Assembly (NCBI GenBank): GCA_032718475.1
Contig: JAUCBJ010001284.1
Span: 1-39,486 of the forward strand
Direction of reading: 5' to 3'
DNA from: Nemertoderma westbladi
Taxonomy: Eukaryota; Animalia; Xenacoelomorpha
DNA length: 39,486 nt
The notes beneath the pieces are model-generated. The model searched no databases, was not told where the DNA came from, and was given only the letters and a program-made list of their open reading frames with translations. Position numbers and translations under genes: made by a program. Position 1 is the stretch's first letter; each line of letters opens with the position of its first letter. Shown here piece by piece: positions 1-13,114 of the stretch.

Positions 1-578
1 TGTCATGAAATGGGTCCAAACTTAGTTAGATACCAAAATTTTAATTTTTGGATCAAGGGAAGTTGTGCCACAGGCACATGACCAGAACCTACTCTTTGGC
101 GCAAGTGATGATTATTCTCAATTTTGGTGATGGACAACTTTTAGTTCTCCTACGGCATTATTATTACGCTCATTAGAACCGCAATGACCGATTTAGTGGG
201 GGTAGACACCATCAAAATAAGCATAGAGCGAATTTGATTCCTTGAGATAATTCAAAATATCATTTATTGTGTTTGTCCATATCACATCAAGGCGGTAATG
301 TAGACTTGTGCCGTACTTCACATTTTCTGCGATATCTCAAGAACTATTCGCTCTACGTTTGTTTTGAAGGTGTCTACCCCCACTAAATCGGCCATTGCGG
401 TTCTAATGAGCATAATATGAATGCAGTAGGATAAATCAAAGTTGGCCATCGCGAAAATTGAGAATAATCATCACTTGCGCCAAATGGTAGGTCCTGGCCA
501 TGTGCCTGTGGCACTAGTTCCCTTGACCCAAAAGTTAAAATTTTGGTATCTAACTAAGTTTGGACCCATTTGATGACA
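1..578. repeat. Imperfect long inverted repeat (foldback/MITE-like), arms ~1-250 and ~331-578; may extend left of the window
   Basis: TGTCATGAAATGGGTCCAAACTTAGTTAGATACC at position 1 is the near reverse complement of GGTATCTAACTAAGTTTGGACCCATTTGATGACA ending at 578. Pairing continues inward to a loop of ~80 bp. Confidence 0.85.
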
Positions 579-1047
579 TTTGATGCATGCAGGAAGTTCT
601 TTTTTGAGTCATTGATCTTTCATCAATGTGTTATATTGTTATACATTTCATTATGGTGCATCGCGATGGCACAAAATTTCAACCCTCTTGGGATCCGTGA
701 AGATATAGATGAAATTTAAAGAATTTTTTTTTGCCTTATTTTTTTACCATTTGGCAACTTTTGTGCACCGGTAGAACAATGAAATCGATAAAAAGTAAAA
801 AACGCACCGCCCTAAGCTCTTTATGTCTATCACAACATTACAATCGTCATGTTTACGAATATGGCAACGAAATTCTCGAGAACCTACTCAAACTATTATT
901 AAATTTTAAGAAAATAAGTGTAGCCCTTTGTGTACCAAAGATAAAGATAAAGATTTTTACTTCCAAGAAAGTATATTTGATCGTACCAAGGTTTATTTTG
1001 TTGTTATATATAAAGAGGATAACCATATTATTACTTATCCTACCCTC

Positions 1048-1520
1048 AAAGGCGGCACACTGCCGCCTTTAACCATTTTCGAAATTTATAAATCTTTCAT
1101 TTGAACTCCGGGGGGCACACTGCAGCCTTAATCATTTGTAACATAATTATTGGCTAAATTTAAATTAAATTGCATAAACTATGTAATTTAAAATTAATCA
1201 AACCAACAGGAATCCCTTCAAGCAATAAATTAATTTTTCTAGACCAGTTTTTCCTGCACGACACGAATATGAACTCCATTTATCCGCCCCAATAGTTATA
1301 AGAAAGTTATAAGAGGTTTTTATAAAGAGGCGGCACCCTGTCGCCATGGGAGTCAGGATAATATATGTAAAGGCGGCACTCTGCCGCCATGAGGGTTAGG
1401 TTATAATTATATAAAGGCGAAACACTGCCACCCTGGGGATCAGGATAATATTATATATATGTAAAGGTGGCACTTTGCTGCCATGGGGGTTAAGTTATAA
1501 TTACAGTATTTAAAGGCGGC
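1048..1520. repeat. Degenerate ~50-60 bp tandem repeat with an AAAGGCGGCACACTGCCGCC hairpin core
   Basis: The core recurs at about 1048, 1112, 1328, 1370, 1413, 1463 and 1512, most copies followed by ATG(G/A)GG..TCAGG/TTAGG..ATAAT. Confidence 0.65.
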
Positions 1521-2616
1521 ATTATGAGCATTTTCATGAATTATGAACACGAGTACGTGTCGTGACAATACGTGTGATGAACTCGTACCGTGTTGGTACG
1601 CAAAGTGTTAAAGGCAAATAGGTCTATGATACAGTTGCTGAAGTTAGTAACGTTGTAGCAGGACGATATAGCTGGTTTTCTGCTCTTGTATCTGGGTCAG
1701 TACAAAACGAAGACCAAGGACTTACAAAACTAAGAGGTAAAGTAGCGTTAGCTCCCAAAGAGCGTTAGGTCTCATTGGCATTTAAAGGAGCAGGTTAGTA
1801 AAGGAGCAGGTTACATAGTCATAGTTGGGGGAACCAAAACAATAAACGAAAGTTATCACATGTGTTTCGTACAGGTCTTAAGTTTTTGGGTTTTGTGTAT
1901 TTGTTTTGTACTCACCCTTTTGTATTTATTATTGCACGCTTGTAGCAAATTATTATTGCCAATCTGTTGTTCTATGTACTAATACCGTTGTGGACACCCA
2001 AGAGTCTATAGATCGGATTAGAGACCAAGTTTATTTTGCAAATTTTTTGACAATAATGCATTACGTGCTACGAGATGGGGGAGGCATGATTGATTATACG
2101 AGATAGGGTGTTAATTAGATTGGATGTTACGATATGGAATAAAACGAAATATTACAATAATCCTTTTCTTCTATTTCGTGAAGCAATGATTCAAATTTCT
2201 AATGCCCTGCTGCTGTACATTCAATATAGAAAATAATAAAAATATAATAAGAATAATTTCTCTAATAACAACTTATACAATTAAAAATTAGTGATATTCG
2301 ATGTTTCATTAAAAGCACTATAATATAACATCGCGATCTTAAATATTCAATTTGTTATTCCCCTCAATTATACACGATATATGATGTTTCCGGACACCAA
2401 GTTGTGCCTACAATCAAAGAAACTTAATATCAATAAATAACCAAAGACGAAAAAGCAATATCACACTCCCTCACATTACCCTCACATTATACACCACACC
2501 CCCTAGTGGTAGCACAGGAATTGATGTCACCACAATTTTCAAATAATCAGTCCCACTGAAAGGGCACAACTCTGAACAAATAGTGCGTCGGCACAACAAG
2601 CAATCGGCTATCTAGA

Positions 2617-2778
2617 GAGGGAGTGAGTGAGGGAAGTGAGGGAAGTGAGGGAAGTGAGGGAGTGAGTGAGGGAAGTGAGGACTTCCCTCACTTCCCTCAC
2701 TTCCCTCACTTCCCTCACTTCCCTCACTTCCCTCACTTCCCTCACTCACTCCCTCACTTCCCTCACTTCCCTCACTTC
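2617..2778. repeat. 9-bp (GTGAGGGAA)n satellite with polarity switch at 2677-2681
   Basis: G-strand units at 2617-2680, then C-strand (ACTTCCCTC)n at 2681-2778. Confidence 0.95.
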
Positions 2779-3150
2779 TGTATACTAGCTTTGACTCTCC
2801 CAGCTATAGTGATAGTATGCAACCTTGGGAGTTAATGTGCGGTCTTACGAGTAAATGTCAAGAGATTAGACTTCATGTTGCCTCCATTGATTCACTCTTC
2901 TTAACTTTATAAAATAACTCCACCCTTATTTAAAGTTTTAAAAATTATGACTTAGTCGACTAATTTTCCAAAATATATTATAAAAACATATAATTTCTTG
3001 AATAAATAGACCTAATAGTAATAAATATTGTTGGCAAATACATTTATAATACTAATATAATAATTAGGGATAAATAATCCTAATACTAATATAAATGTTA
3101 TGGATAAATAGTCCTAATACTATTATGAAAGGAACTCAAACAAACAAATG

Positions 3151-4119
3151 TCAATAGCATCGTCCTGCGCGAGCAAATACTGTACGAGAGTTTGATGTTA
3201 TAGGTCTTCGAAAATAAGTAAAAGCTGGTTGATTTACTTTACTTTCATCTTCCTCATTACCCAACTGTTTCTTAATTTTATTCAATTGTTCATTAATTTT
3301 CAGTAATTTACTTTTATTTCCCAGAACCTGTCTTAATATCTCTTCTCTATTTTCTTCATTTTCTTCCATTTGTTTAATAAATTTCCGCATTTGATTTTTG
3401 TTTCCTAATATTTGTCTCAATATCTCTTCTTTATTTTCATCATTCTCTTCTAAATGTTTAATAATTTTCCGCAATTTATTCTTATTTCCAAGTAATTGTC
3501 TCAATATTTCCTTATTATTATCATTTTCATCATCTTCTTCACTTTCCTGACCTTCACTTTCTTCGTCCTCTTCATGACCTTCACTTTCTTCATCCTCTTT
3601 CTGACCTTCACTTTCGTCATCCTCTTCCCCACCTTCACTTTCTTCATCGTCTTCCTGACCTTCGCTTTCTTCATTCTCTTCCTGACCTTCGCTATCTTCA
3701 CCCTCTTCCTGACCTTCACTTTCTTCGTCATCTTCCTGACCTTCACTCACTTCGTTCTCAACCTCACTCTCTTCAACTTCATCCTGACCCTCACTATTTT
3801 CATTCTCCATCTCATCGTCCTCTTCTTCTTCACTTTCCTCACTCAAATTTTCATCATTTTCTAGGGGTAACTGTTTTTGTATCCTTTTCAAAATATTCAT
3901 AACTTTATGAAATTTATTTTCTGTTGTCTGTTTTATCTTTAATATATCACGCTCAACTCTCTTTTTCTTTTCATCTTCACTAAAAATATCTTCGGATTTT
4001 TTAAATTTCTTTGGTAATGGATCCATTAGTTTATCCTTTCTATGTCTTTCCATGTGACGAGATAGATTGTCTTGTCTCATTTCTTTATTACAAACCAAAC
4101 ATTTTTCATAACTAGGCAT
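3151..4119 (-). CDS. 322-aa protein: N-terminal C2H2-type zinc finger, basic NLS-like segment, acidic ESEGQ repeat tract, three ~28-aa EILRQxLGNK repeats
   Basis: Intact intronless ORF with the motif CLVC-x11-H-x3-H (RQDNLSRH). A TATA box lies ~145 bp upstream, and the frame is preserved in the second copy. Confidence 0.8.
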   Translation of the reverse strand: MPSYEKCLVCNKEMRQDNLSRHMERHRKDKLMDPLPKKFKKSEDIFSEDEKKKRVERDILKIKQTTENKFHKVMNILKRIQKQLPLENDENLSEESEEEEDDEMENENSEGQDEVEESEVENEVSEGQEDDEESEGQEEGEDSEGQEENEESEGQEDDEESEGGEEDDESEGQKEDEESEGHEEDEESEGQESEEDDENDNNKEILRQLLGNKNKLRKIIKHLEENDENKEEILRQILGNKNQMRKFIKQMEENEENREEILRQVLGNKSKLLKINEQLNKIKKQLGNEEDESKVNQPAFTYFRRPITSNSRTVFARAGRCY

Positions 4120-4259
4120 TATATAGCAATGTCAATTGATATTATGAGTTTTCGATAAATGATTTTACATAATTTTAAATAAATAAAACTTTTATGAAAA
4201 TAAATAAAACTTTTAAAAATAAAAATTAGAGAATGAATGGGAATGCGGTGACTGGGGGC

Positions 4260-4266
4260 TTTTATA
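4260..4266 (-). promoter_or_regulatory. Putative TATA box of the zinc-finger ORF (left copy)
   Basis: TATAAAAGCCCCC on the minus strand, at the same position as in the right copy. Confidence 0.5.
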
Positions 4267-4762
4267 GAGGGAGGTTAGAATGGAGTTGTGAAAGGAGAAT
4301 AATCTATTGCAAGAGCAGATGTTTATTATAATTTCTTGGACGAATTGATGTAATAACGAAGCTGAAGGTTTGAATAATTAAAGCTCTGTGGCATGCCCCA
4401 TTCACGCAGGCCCCATTCATGCATTGATGTTTGGGTTAGTCATGCTATAGTTAATAAGAGCCCAAACAGCCACAGATTATTGAGGGATGACTCAGGGCCA
4501 AACTGGGCCGCACAGTGCCTATTGTATTGTATATTTCGTTTGTTATAGTACAATTTATTCATCTCGCGTCCCTATCTGATTGATTTGTATCAAATTAAAT
4601 TGCCTTTGGCAACATTATTTGATACAAATCGATTGATTAAACAATTAATTAATTGTTTAATCGACCAATTAATTAATTGATTAATTAATTAATGACCTAC
4701 TTAACACCCAAGGTGTGAAGTAGGACTAAACTGTCGCCGAAGTAGGGTAAACCATTACTACT

Positions 4763-4901
4763 GACAGCTCTACTACAGACCATGAATAAGCCAATGAAAG
4801 CTGACAGCTCTACTACAGACTATGAATAAGCCAACGACAGCTCTACTACAGACCATGAATAAGCCAACGACAGCTCTACTACAGACCATGAATAAGCCAA
4901 T
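4763..4901. repeat. ~33-bp tandem repeat x4 (GACAGCTCTACTACAGACCATGAATAAGCCAA)
   Basis: Four copies starting at the base immediately after the ACTACT terminus. Confidence 0.9.
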
Positions 4902-5846
4902 GACTCGTGCCAATGTCAATCACTTGTATCATATTAACACCCCCAGAATTTTCACGTACCCGCAGGATACGATTGCAGGAATCGCTTAATGCGACGGTGT
5001 AACAGCAAGTGTAACATTATGTTAAAATAACATGTTATGGATTGACCTTTATTGACCTTTAATATAATAGAAGTTTATCATTTTAGTTTTAATACTTGAG
5101 ATTAGTCTGAATCCTGGTAGTATAATATATTAAAATACAATACCATATTTGTATTGCTTTTGCTTATATTGCTTTACACAAACGACTATTGGACTTTGTG
5201 TACTGATACTATTGTATATGCATTTCACTGTTAGGCCTACATATTAATATTAATTTGTAATTAAAGTAACAATTAATAACCACCCCGCTGACGTCGGTAC
5301 CGTGTGCCAGTCAGTTTCCATGGAGCAGTATTCAGTTTCAGTATGAACATTCAGTGTTTGCGTGGAGTTCCGTACCGGTATCAGGTCGTGTCTGTTAATG
5401 TACCGGTATATATAATGATAGACTTTACTCTATAGCCATTTCTATACCACTCTGCGTTCACAAGGATCTATAAAAATATAATGCAAAATATAAATACCAT
5501 GAGGAAAATAATATTATTATTTATTATAGGGGCCTACTTGGAAAATAAAGTAGAACTTTTCAATATTCTCGAGTTATTCGTTTAACGAGAGACATCGAGG
5601 TTAATAGAGGGGCGAGATAGCAAACACAGAAAAATTTGTTTTTCCCCCATGCATTAAGTAATTTTATTCTTAAATTGATCTTTTATGTTTTATATTTTAT
5701 TAATTCTGTAATAAAATATACAAATTAACAGTGTTACAAAAAATAAATTTAACTGCAGTATTTTACTATATTACTTCCATAGTTACTGCGATTCAAATTA
5801 TTGTACTATTCAACTCCCGATGCTGCCTTACTTAATGTTAAATAAT

Positions 5847-5890
5847 TTAGTGTTCTCGAATATTTATTACGTAACTAAAGAGCCGCTTAA
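5847..5890 (-). CDS. Candidate second coding exon of the small secreted protein: (I)KRLFSYVINIREH*
   Basis: Acceptor TATTTGTTTATGTAG ending at 5891. A phase-1 join with the 6520 donor gives an open frame to TAA, followed by a GTAAGG donor at 5831. Confidence 0.4.
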
Positions 5891-6027
5891 CTACATAAAC
5901 AAATATTGGATATTGAGTTCCGTTTTGGAATACGTCGCACAGTCACTAAAGTTGCAATAACTTTTGAGTGTGTGAGTGGATTTTGCAGAAATTACAGAAA
6001 TTTCTACGATACTTTTTCAACATGTGT

Positions 6028-6373
6028 AATAATATTCGAGTCGAGTGTTTCCCGACAGTAGACCCTAAAGTAGACACCTAAATAATATTCGAGTCGAGTG
6101 TTTCCCGACAGTAGACCCTACAGTAGACACCTAAATAATATTCGAGTCGAGTGTTTCCCGACTGTAGACCCTAAAGTAGACACCTAAATAATATTCGAGT
6201 CGAGTGTTTCCCGACAGTAGACCCTACAGTAGACACCTAAATAATATTCGAGTCGAGTGTTTCCCGACAGTAGACCCTACAGTAGACACCTAAATAATAT
6301 TCGAGTCGAGTGTTTCCCGACTGTAGACCCTAAAGTAGACACCTAAATAATATTCGAGTCGAGTGTTTCCCGA
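6028..6373. repeat. 53-bp minisatellite x6.5 (intronic)
   Basis: Unit AATAATATTCGAGTCGAGTGTTTCCCGACAGTAGACCCTA(A/C)AGTAGACACCTA; period 53 (6028, 6081, ...). Confidence 0.95.
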
Positions 6374-6519
6374 TTTTTTTTATTTCTATTTAAATGTTTA
6401 TTATACAGTAGTTAGATATCACCTAAACTCAAATTCATTATTATCTTAAATTCATAACAAAATATTTAACAACTAGGCTTTTACGAAATCCACACCGTCT
6501 ATTAATTAGCCTTACTTAC

Positions 6520-6766
6520 TTTGTCTCATCAGAGCATCCATGAACAAATTTTTGTTTTTCTTCACCAGAATTCTAGGGTAATTGCCGCCACCAATATCCA
6601 GGGTGTTATCAAATATAAAAGCGTTTGCCTTCCTGCTGGTATCTTCATTAATTCCCAATATCTTCTCGATGCTTTTGCGACAAACGCTGTGATACTTGGG
6701 CATAGCTTCCAATGAGTTAAGGGAGAGAGAAAAAATCAACAGGTAAAAAATGAACGAGTGAAACAT
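6520..6766 (-). CDS. First coding exon of a probable small secreted protein (signal peptide MFHSFIFYLLIFSLSLNSLEA)
   Basis: AAAATG start with an in-frame upstream TAA, hydrophobic N-terminus ending L-E-A, strong donor A|GTAAGT at 6519, and an upstream acceptor CTCATTTTTACATTTTAG ending at 6796. Confidence 0.6.
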
Positions 6767-6811
6767 TTTGAATTGCGTTTGAAACTCAAATTACTCTAAA
6801 ATGTAAAAATG

Positions 6812-9800
6812 AGTTAAATATAATGAGAAGTTTCGACATTAAACTACTGAGAAAAGTTAAATATAATGAGAAGTTTCGACATTAAACTACTGAGAACAGT
6901 TAAATATAATGAGAAGTTTCGACATTAAACTACTGAGAACAGTTAAATATAATGAGAAGTTTCGACATAAAACTACTAAGAAAAGTTAAATATAATGAGA
7001 AGTTTTGACATTAAACTACTGAGAAAAGTTAAATATAATGAGAAGTTTCGACATTAAACTACTGAGAACATTTAAATATAATTAGAAGTTTCGACATTAA
7101 ACTACTGAGAAAAGTTAAATATAATGAGAAGTTTCGACATTAAACTACTGAGAACAGTTAAATATAATGAGAAGTTTCGACATTAAACTACTGAGAACAG
7201 TTAAATATAATGAGAAGTTTCGACATAAAACTACTGAGAAAAGTTAAATATAATGAGAAGTTTTGACATTAAACTACTGAGAAAAGTTAAATATAATGAG
7301 AAGTTTCGACATTAAACTACCGAGAACAGTTAAATATAATGAGAAGTTTCGACATTAAACTACTGAGAACAGTTAAATATAATGAGAAGTTTCGATATTA
7401 AACTACTGAGAAAAGTTAAATATAATGAGAAGTTTCGACATTAAACTACTGAGAAAAGTTAAATATAATGAGAAGTTTCGACATTAAACTACTGAGAACA
7501 GTTAAATATAATGATAAGTTCCGACATTAAACTACTGAGAACAGTTAAATATAATGAGAAGTTTCGATATTAAACTACTGAGAAAAGTTAAATATAATGA
7601 GAAGTTTCGACATTAAACTACTGAGAACAGTTAAATATAATGAGAAGTTTCGACATTAAACTACTGAGAACAGTTAAATATAATGAGAAGTTTCGATATT
7701 AAACTACTGAGAAAAGTTAAATATAATGAGAAGTTTCGACATTAAACTACTGAGAACAGTTAAATATAATGAGAAGTTTCGACATTAAACTACTGAGAAC
7801 AGTTAAATATAATGAGAAGTTTCGATATTAAACTACTGAGAACAGTTAAATATAATGAGAAGTTTCGATATTAAACTACTGAGAACAGTTAAATATAATG
7901 AGAAGTTTCGACATTAAACTACTGAGAACAGTTAAATATAATGAGAAGTTTCGATATTAAACTACTGAGAAAAGTTAAATATAATGAGAAGTTTCGACAT
8001 TAAACTACTGAGAACAGTTAAATATAATGAGAAGTTTCGACATTAAACTACTGAGAACAGTTAAATATAATGAGAAGTTTCGACATAAAACTACTAAGAA
8101 AAGTTAAATACAATGAGAAGTTTCGACATTAAACTACTGAGAACAGTTAAATATAATGAGAAGTTTCGACATTAAACTACTGAGAACAGTTAAATATAAT
8201 GAGAAGTTTCGATATTAAACTACTGAGAACAGTTAAATATAATGAGAAGTTTCGACATTAAACTACTGAGAACAGTTAAATATAATGAGAAGTTTCGATA
8301 TTAAACTACTGAGAAAAGTTAAATATAATGAGAAGTTTCGACATTAAACTACTGAGAACAGTTAAATATAATGAGAAGTTTCGACATTAAACTACTGAGA
8401 ACAGTTAAATATAATGAGAAGTTTCGATATTAAACTACTGAGAAAAGTTAAATATAATGAGAAGTTTCGACATTAAACTACTGAGAACAGTTAAATATAA
8501 TGAGAAGTTTCGACATTAAACTACTGAGAACAGTTAAATAAAATGAGAAGTTTCGATATTAAACTACTGAGAAAAGTTAAATATAATGAGAAGTTTCGAC
8601 ATTAAACTACTGAGAAAAGTTAAATATAATGAGAAGTTTCGACATTAAACTACTGAGAACAGTTAAATATAATGATAAGTTCCGACATTAAACTACTGAG
8701 AACAGTTAAATATAATAAGAAGTTTCGACATTAAACTACTGAGAACAGTTAAATATAATGAGAAGTTTCGACATTAAACGACTGAGAAAAGTTAAATATA
8801 ATGAGAAGTTTCGACATTAAACTACTGAGAACAGTTAAATATAATGAGAAGTTTCGACATTAAACTACTGAGAACAGTTAAATATAATGAGAAGTTTCGA
8901 CATTAAACTACTGAGAAAAGTTAAATATAATGAGAAGTTTCGACATTAAACTACTGAGAACAGTTAAATATAATGAGAAGTTTCGACATAAAACTACTGA
9001 GAAAAGTTAAATATAATGAGAAGTTTTGACATTAAACTACTGAGAAAAGTTAAATATAATGAGAAGTTTCGACATTAAACTACTGAGAAAAGTTAAATAT
9101 AATGAGAAGTTTCGACATTAAACTACTGAGAACAGTTAAATATAATGAGAAGTTTCGACATTAAACTACTGAGAACAGTTAAATATAATGAGAAGTTTCG
9201 ACAATAAACTACTGAGAACAGTTAAATATAATGAGAAGTTTCGACATAAAACTACTAAGAAAAGTTAAATATAATGAGAAGTTTTGACATTAAACTACTG
9301 AGAAAAGTTAAATATAATGAGAAGTTTTGACATTAAACTACTGAGAACAGTTAAATATAATGAGAAGTTTCGACATTAAACTACTGAGAACAGTTAAATA
9401 TAATGAGAAGTTTCGACATAAAACTACTGAGAAAAGTTAAATATAATGAGAAGTTTCGACATTAAACTACTGAGAACAGTTAAATATAATGAGAAGTTTC
9501 GATATTAAACTACTGAGAAAAGTTAAATATAATGAGAAGTTTCGACATTAAACTACTGAGAAAAGTTAAATATAATGAGAAGTTTCGATATTAAACTACT
9601 GAGAAAAGTTAAATATAATGAGAAGTTTCGACATTAAACTACTGAGAAAAGTTAAATATAATGAGAAGTTTCGATATTAAACTACTGAGAAAAGTTAAAT
9701 ATAATGAGAAGTTTCGACATTAAACTACTGAGAACAGTTAAATATAATGAGAAGTTTCGACATTAAACTACTGAGAAAAGTTAAATATAATGAGAAGTTT

Positions 9801-10940
9801 CGATATTAAACTACTGAGAAAAGTTAAATATAATGAGAAGTTTCGACATTAAACTACTGAGAAAAGTTAAATATAATGAGAAGTTTCGATATTAAACTAC
9901 TGAGAAAAGTTAAATATAATGAGAAGTTTCGACATTAAACTACTGAGAAAAGTTAAATATAATGAGAAGTTTCGATATTAAACTACTGAGAAAAGTTAAA
10001 TATAATGAGAAGTTTCGACATTAAACTACTGAGAACAGTTAAATATAATGAGAAGTTTCGACATTAAACTACTGAGAACAGTTAAATATAATGAGAAGTT
10101 TCGATATTAAACTACTGAGAAAAGTTAAATATAATGAGAAGTTTCGACATTAAACTACTGAGAAAAGTTAAATATAATGAGAAGTTTCGACATTAAACTA
10201 CTGAGAACAGTTAAATATAATGATAAGTTCCGACATTAAACTACTGAGAACAGTTAAATATAATGAGAAGTTTCGACATTAAACTACTGAGAACAGTTAA
10301 ATATAATGAGAAGTTTCGACATTAAACTACTGAGAACAGTTAAATATAATGAGAAGTTTCGACATTAAACTACTGAGAACAGTTAAATATAATGATAAGT
10401 TTCGACATTAAACTACTGAGAACAGTTAAATATAATGAGAAGTTTCGACATTAAACTACTGAGAAAAGTTAAATATAATGAGAAGTTTCGACATTAAACT
10501 ACTGAGAACAGTTAAATATAATGAGAAGTTTCGACATTAAACTACTGAGAACAGTTAAATATAATGAGAAGTTTCGACATTAAACTACTGAGAACAGTTA
10601 AATATAATGAGAAGTTTCGACATTAAACTACTGAGAACAGTTAAATATAATGAGAAGTTTCGACATAAAACTACTGAGAACAGTTAAATATAATTAGAAG
10701 TTTCGACATTAAACTACTGAGAACAGTTAAATATAATGAGAAGTTTCGACATTAAACTACTGAGAAAAGTTAAATATAATGAGAAGTTTCGACATAAAAC
10801 TACTGAGAAAAGTTAAATATAATGAGAAGTTTCGACATTAAACTACTGAGAACAGTTAAATATAATGAGAAGTTTCGACATTAAACTACTGAGAAAAGTT
10901 AAATATAATGAGAAGTTTCGACATTAAACTACTGAGAACA
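6812..10940. repeat. 43-bp satellite, 96 copies
   Basis: Unit AGTTAAATATAATGAGAAGTTTCGACATTAAACTACTGAGAA(C/A). 4129 bp / 43 = 96, with register maintained end to end. Confidence 0.98.
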
Positions 10941-12314
10941 AAAACAATTAAAAACGTATTAATACGATGACAGGGCCATCAAATAATTATTGGTTCTGTG
11001 ATTCGGTTCGTCATCATTTCAAAGTTTAGAAAGAATCTCAAGTGTGGTAAAAAAGGAACGAGCGCAACGAGTTTTGCAGTGGATACGAGTATCCGTCCGC
11101 CATAAATCAGCAGTTACTCGCACAGTTTCGAAACTTTGCAGTTATATAGGTTGTCAGTCTGCATTTAGGAAAAATATTTTGAAACAAAGCGGGACGAGCG
11201 CAAAGAGGCTAATGAAAGAGACGTGTATTGTTTTGACAATAACTGTGAACAACATGGTTTAGCATATTGGACGATATAGCATTTTGTTTATTACTGATAG
11301 ATAATGGAATGTTGTAAGGTCAATATTTGGTGACAATGTTGTACAGGACGAACTAGTCCTAGGTAGTAGCGCTATCTAATAGAGATTTGTACACTTTCTT
11401 ATATAGTCTATCGTGCTTCTTATAGAACCAAGCATCATATTAATCCGAAAAGAGTGAGCTACCTTACTGTACGAGTATTGCTTAATTAGAAATTATACAC
11501 ACAGACAGACTTTTATAGTTCCTCTGTCTGCAGCTAGGGTGCTAATTGTCATAAACGCATGTCGTAAATGTAGCGGTAATTATAAAACCAAACATCAGAT
11601 TCATCTGAGATTTGATAGTAGTTTCCTATGAGCATTGCTTAGCTATAACAAGTAGGCAAGCTAATGAAGTAGTAGATTAAACAAGTACTTGGATTACAAC
11701 TGTCTCGTGCTGCGCGAAGGCCCCGCGAACGGTCTAAATAACTGTACTATTATTACATTAACAATCTTTATTGTCTAAGTTTGACATTATTGAATTTTGT
11801 AAATATAATTTAGCAACTATGTAAATGAAATTGACATTTAAACAAAAATATCCGTACGACCCGTACGATTGAGATCAGTTGCATAAAATATTAGGGAACT
11901 TTGAACGCGCAGTGGGTTTTTATGTAATTCTGTTGTATTATAGTGTAATGGGGCTCACGATTCATTGATTAGTGTATAAAGGGTTTCATTAGTAATTCTA
12001 TTACACACTGACGTTGTATCCTCGGCTTGGAGCTATTGTGTACCGAAACCACGCAGTAGAACGCAGTGGTAAAGAAGTTGCACCAGATCCGAGTTCTCGG
12101 GTCAGGACAGACGTATCCATCCAATCCAATCAATAACGGATTTATTAATAATTCCGTATCGAACAGGAAACGAGATGAAGGCCGACAGAATAAATCAGTT
12201 CTAGTTAAACATTAAATTCACAGATAGGGAGGTACTAATGCTACGTAGGTATTGAGAGGGGTAGGAGATTGGTAGGTAGGTTGAGAGATGGTAAGGGGAA
12301 GGAAGACATGATCA

Positions 12315-12700
12315 TCGTTGAATAGGCTGTCCAGGATTTGGAAGTCACCGAGAATTAATCGGAAACTTAAGGTCCGATTATTTAGAGCAGCAGTAGTTCC
12401 AGTACTCCTCTATGGGAGTCCATGCTGGGCTCTAACTGCTGAGGACACCAAATCTCTGGATGGCACATTCACAAGAATGCTACGCCGGGTTCATTGTGTC
12501 AAGTACAATGCACACATCTCAAACCAGACACTATATAACATTGGAGGTGTCTCATTGGTTCCCCCAAGCTTGACACTAGAACAAAATCGCCTCCGCTTTG
12601 CAGGACATTCCTTTCGTTGTGAGGACCAGCCCGTAAACGATATTGTGCCTTGGCGCCTTCATGACAGAATATAATAAGCATGGTGGACAGGCGGACAGTG
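12315..12700 (+). mobile_element. RTE-clade non-LTR retrotransposon 3' fragment (post-RT region)
   Basis: Translation IWKS..I..KLKVRLFRAAVVPVLLYGS..W...RMLRR...RLRFAGH is typical of the RTE ORF C-terminus. Confidence 0.85.
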
Positions 12701-13004
12701 CATGACGTTTTTGAGACGCCACTTAAAGGAGACTCTCGCCATATTCTCGTGAAACATTCCAAACCTTGCTGTAAAACCTTGCATGTCGATTATAGATACA
12801 GTTATGTAGGAAAGTTGCCGTTATGAATTCCAATGTAATAGAAAACAGAATAATTCAGTACATTTGGTTTTGTAATATTTTGAACAAAGGCTAATAAACA
12901 AAAAACTACATTAATTAACATTTTTAACACTTTTCAATAAGAAGATACATCAACATCACTGATGAACCAACATTCTGTATAATATAATATATTCATATAA
13001 ACGC

Positions 13005-13114
13005 ATATTGGTATACAAATACCAGTACCAATATTGGTATACAAATACCAGTACCAATATTGGTATACAAATACCAGTACCAATATCGGTATACAAATAC
13101 CAGTACCAATATTG
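13005..13114. repeat. 26-bp tandem repeat x4 (ATATTGGTATACAAATACCAGTACCA)
   Basis: Read directly; each unit contains a TGGTAT/ATACCA inverted pair. Confidence 0.9.

Larger units (their letters stand above)
2617..4762 (-). mobile_element. Left copy of the AGTAGT-terminated zinc-finger/satellite module (Polinton/Maverick-terminus-like), truncated inside the satellite
   Basis: 2779-4762 is a near-identical reverse complement of 35455-37438 (1984 bp each). Similarity ends sharply at ...CCATTACTACT (4762), which reads 5'-AGTAGTAATGG on the minus strand. Confidence 0.7.

Noticed and set aside
3496-3864. Phe/Thr-rich antisense and Lys/Val-rich alternate-frame ORFs (also 36353-36721)
   Set aside because: Shadows of the acidic repeat tract in the 322-aa ORF.
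6812-10940. CRISPR-like array
   Set aside because: Units are contiguous with no unique spacers, there are no cas genes, and the context is eukaryotic.
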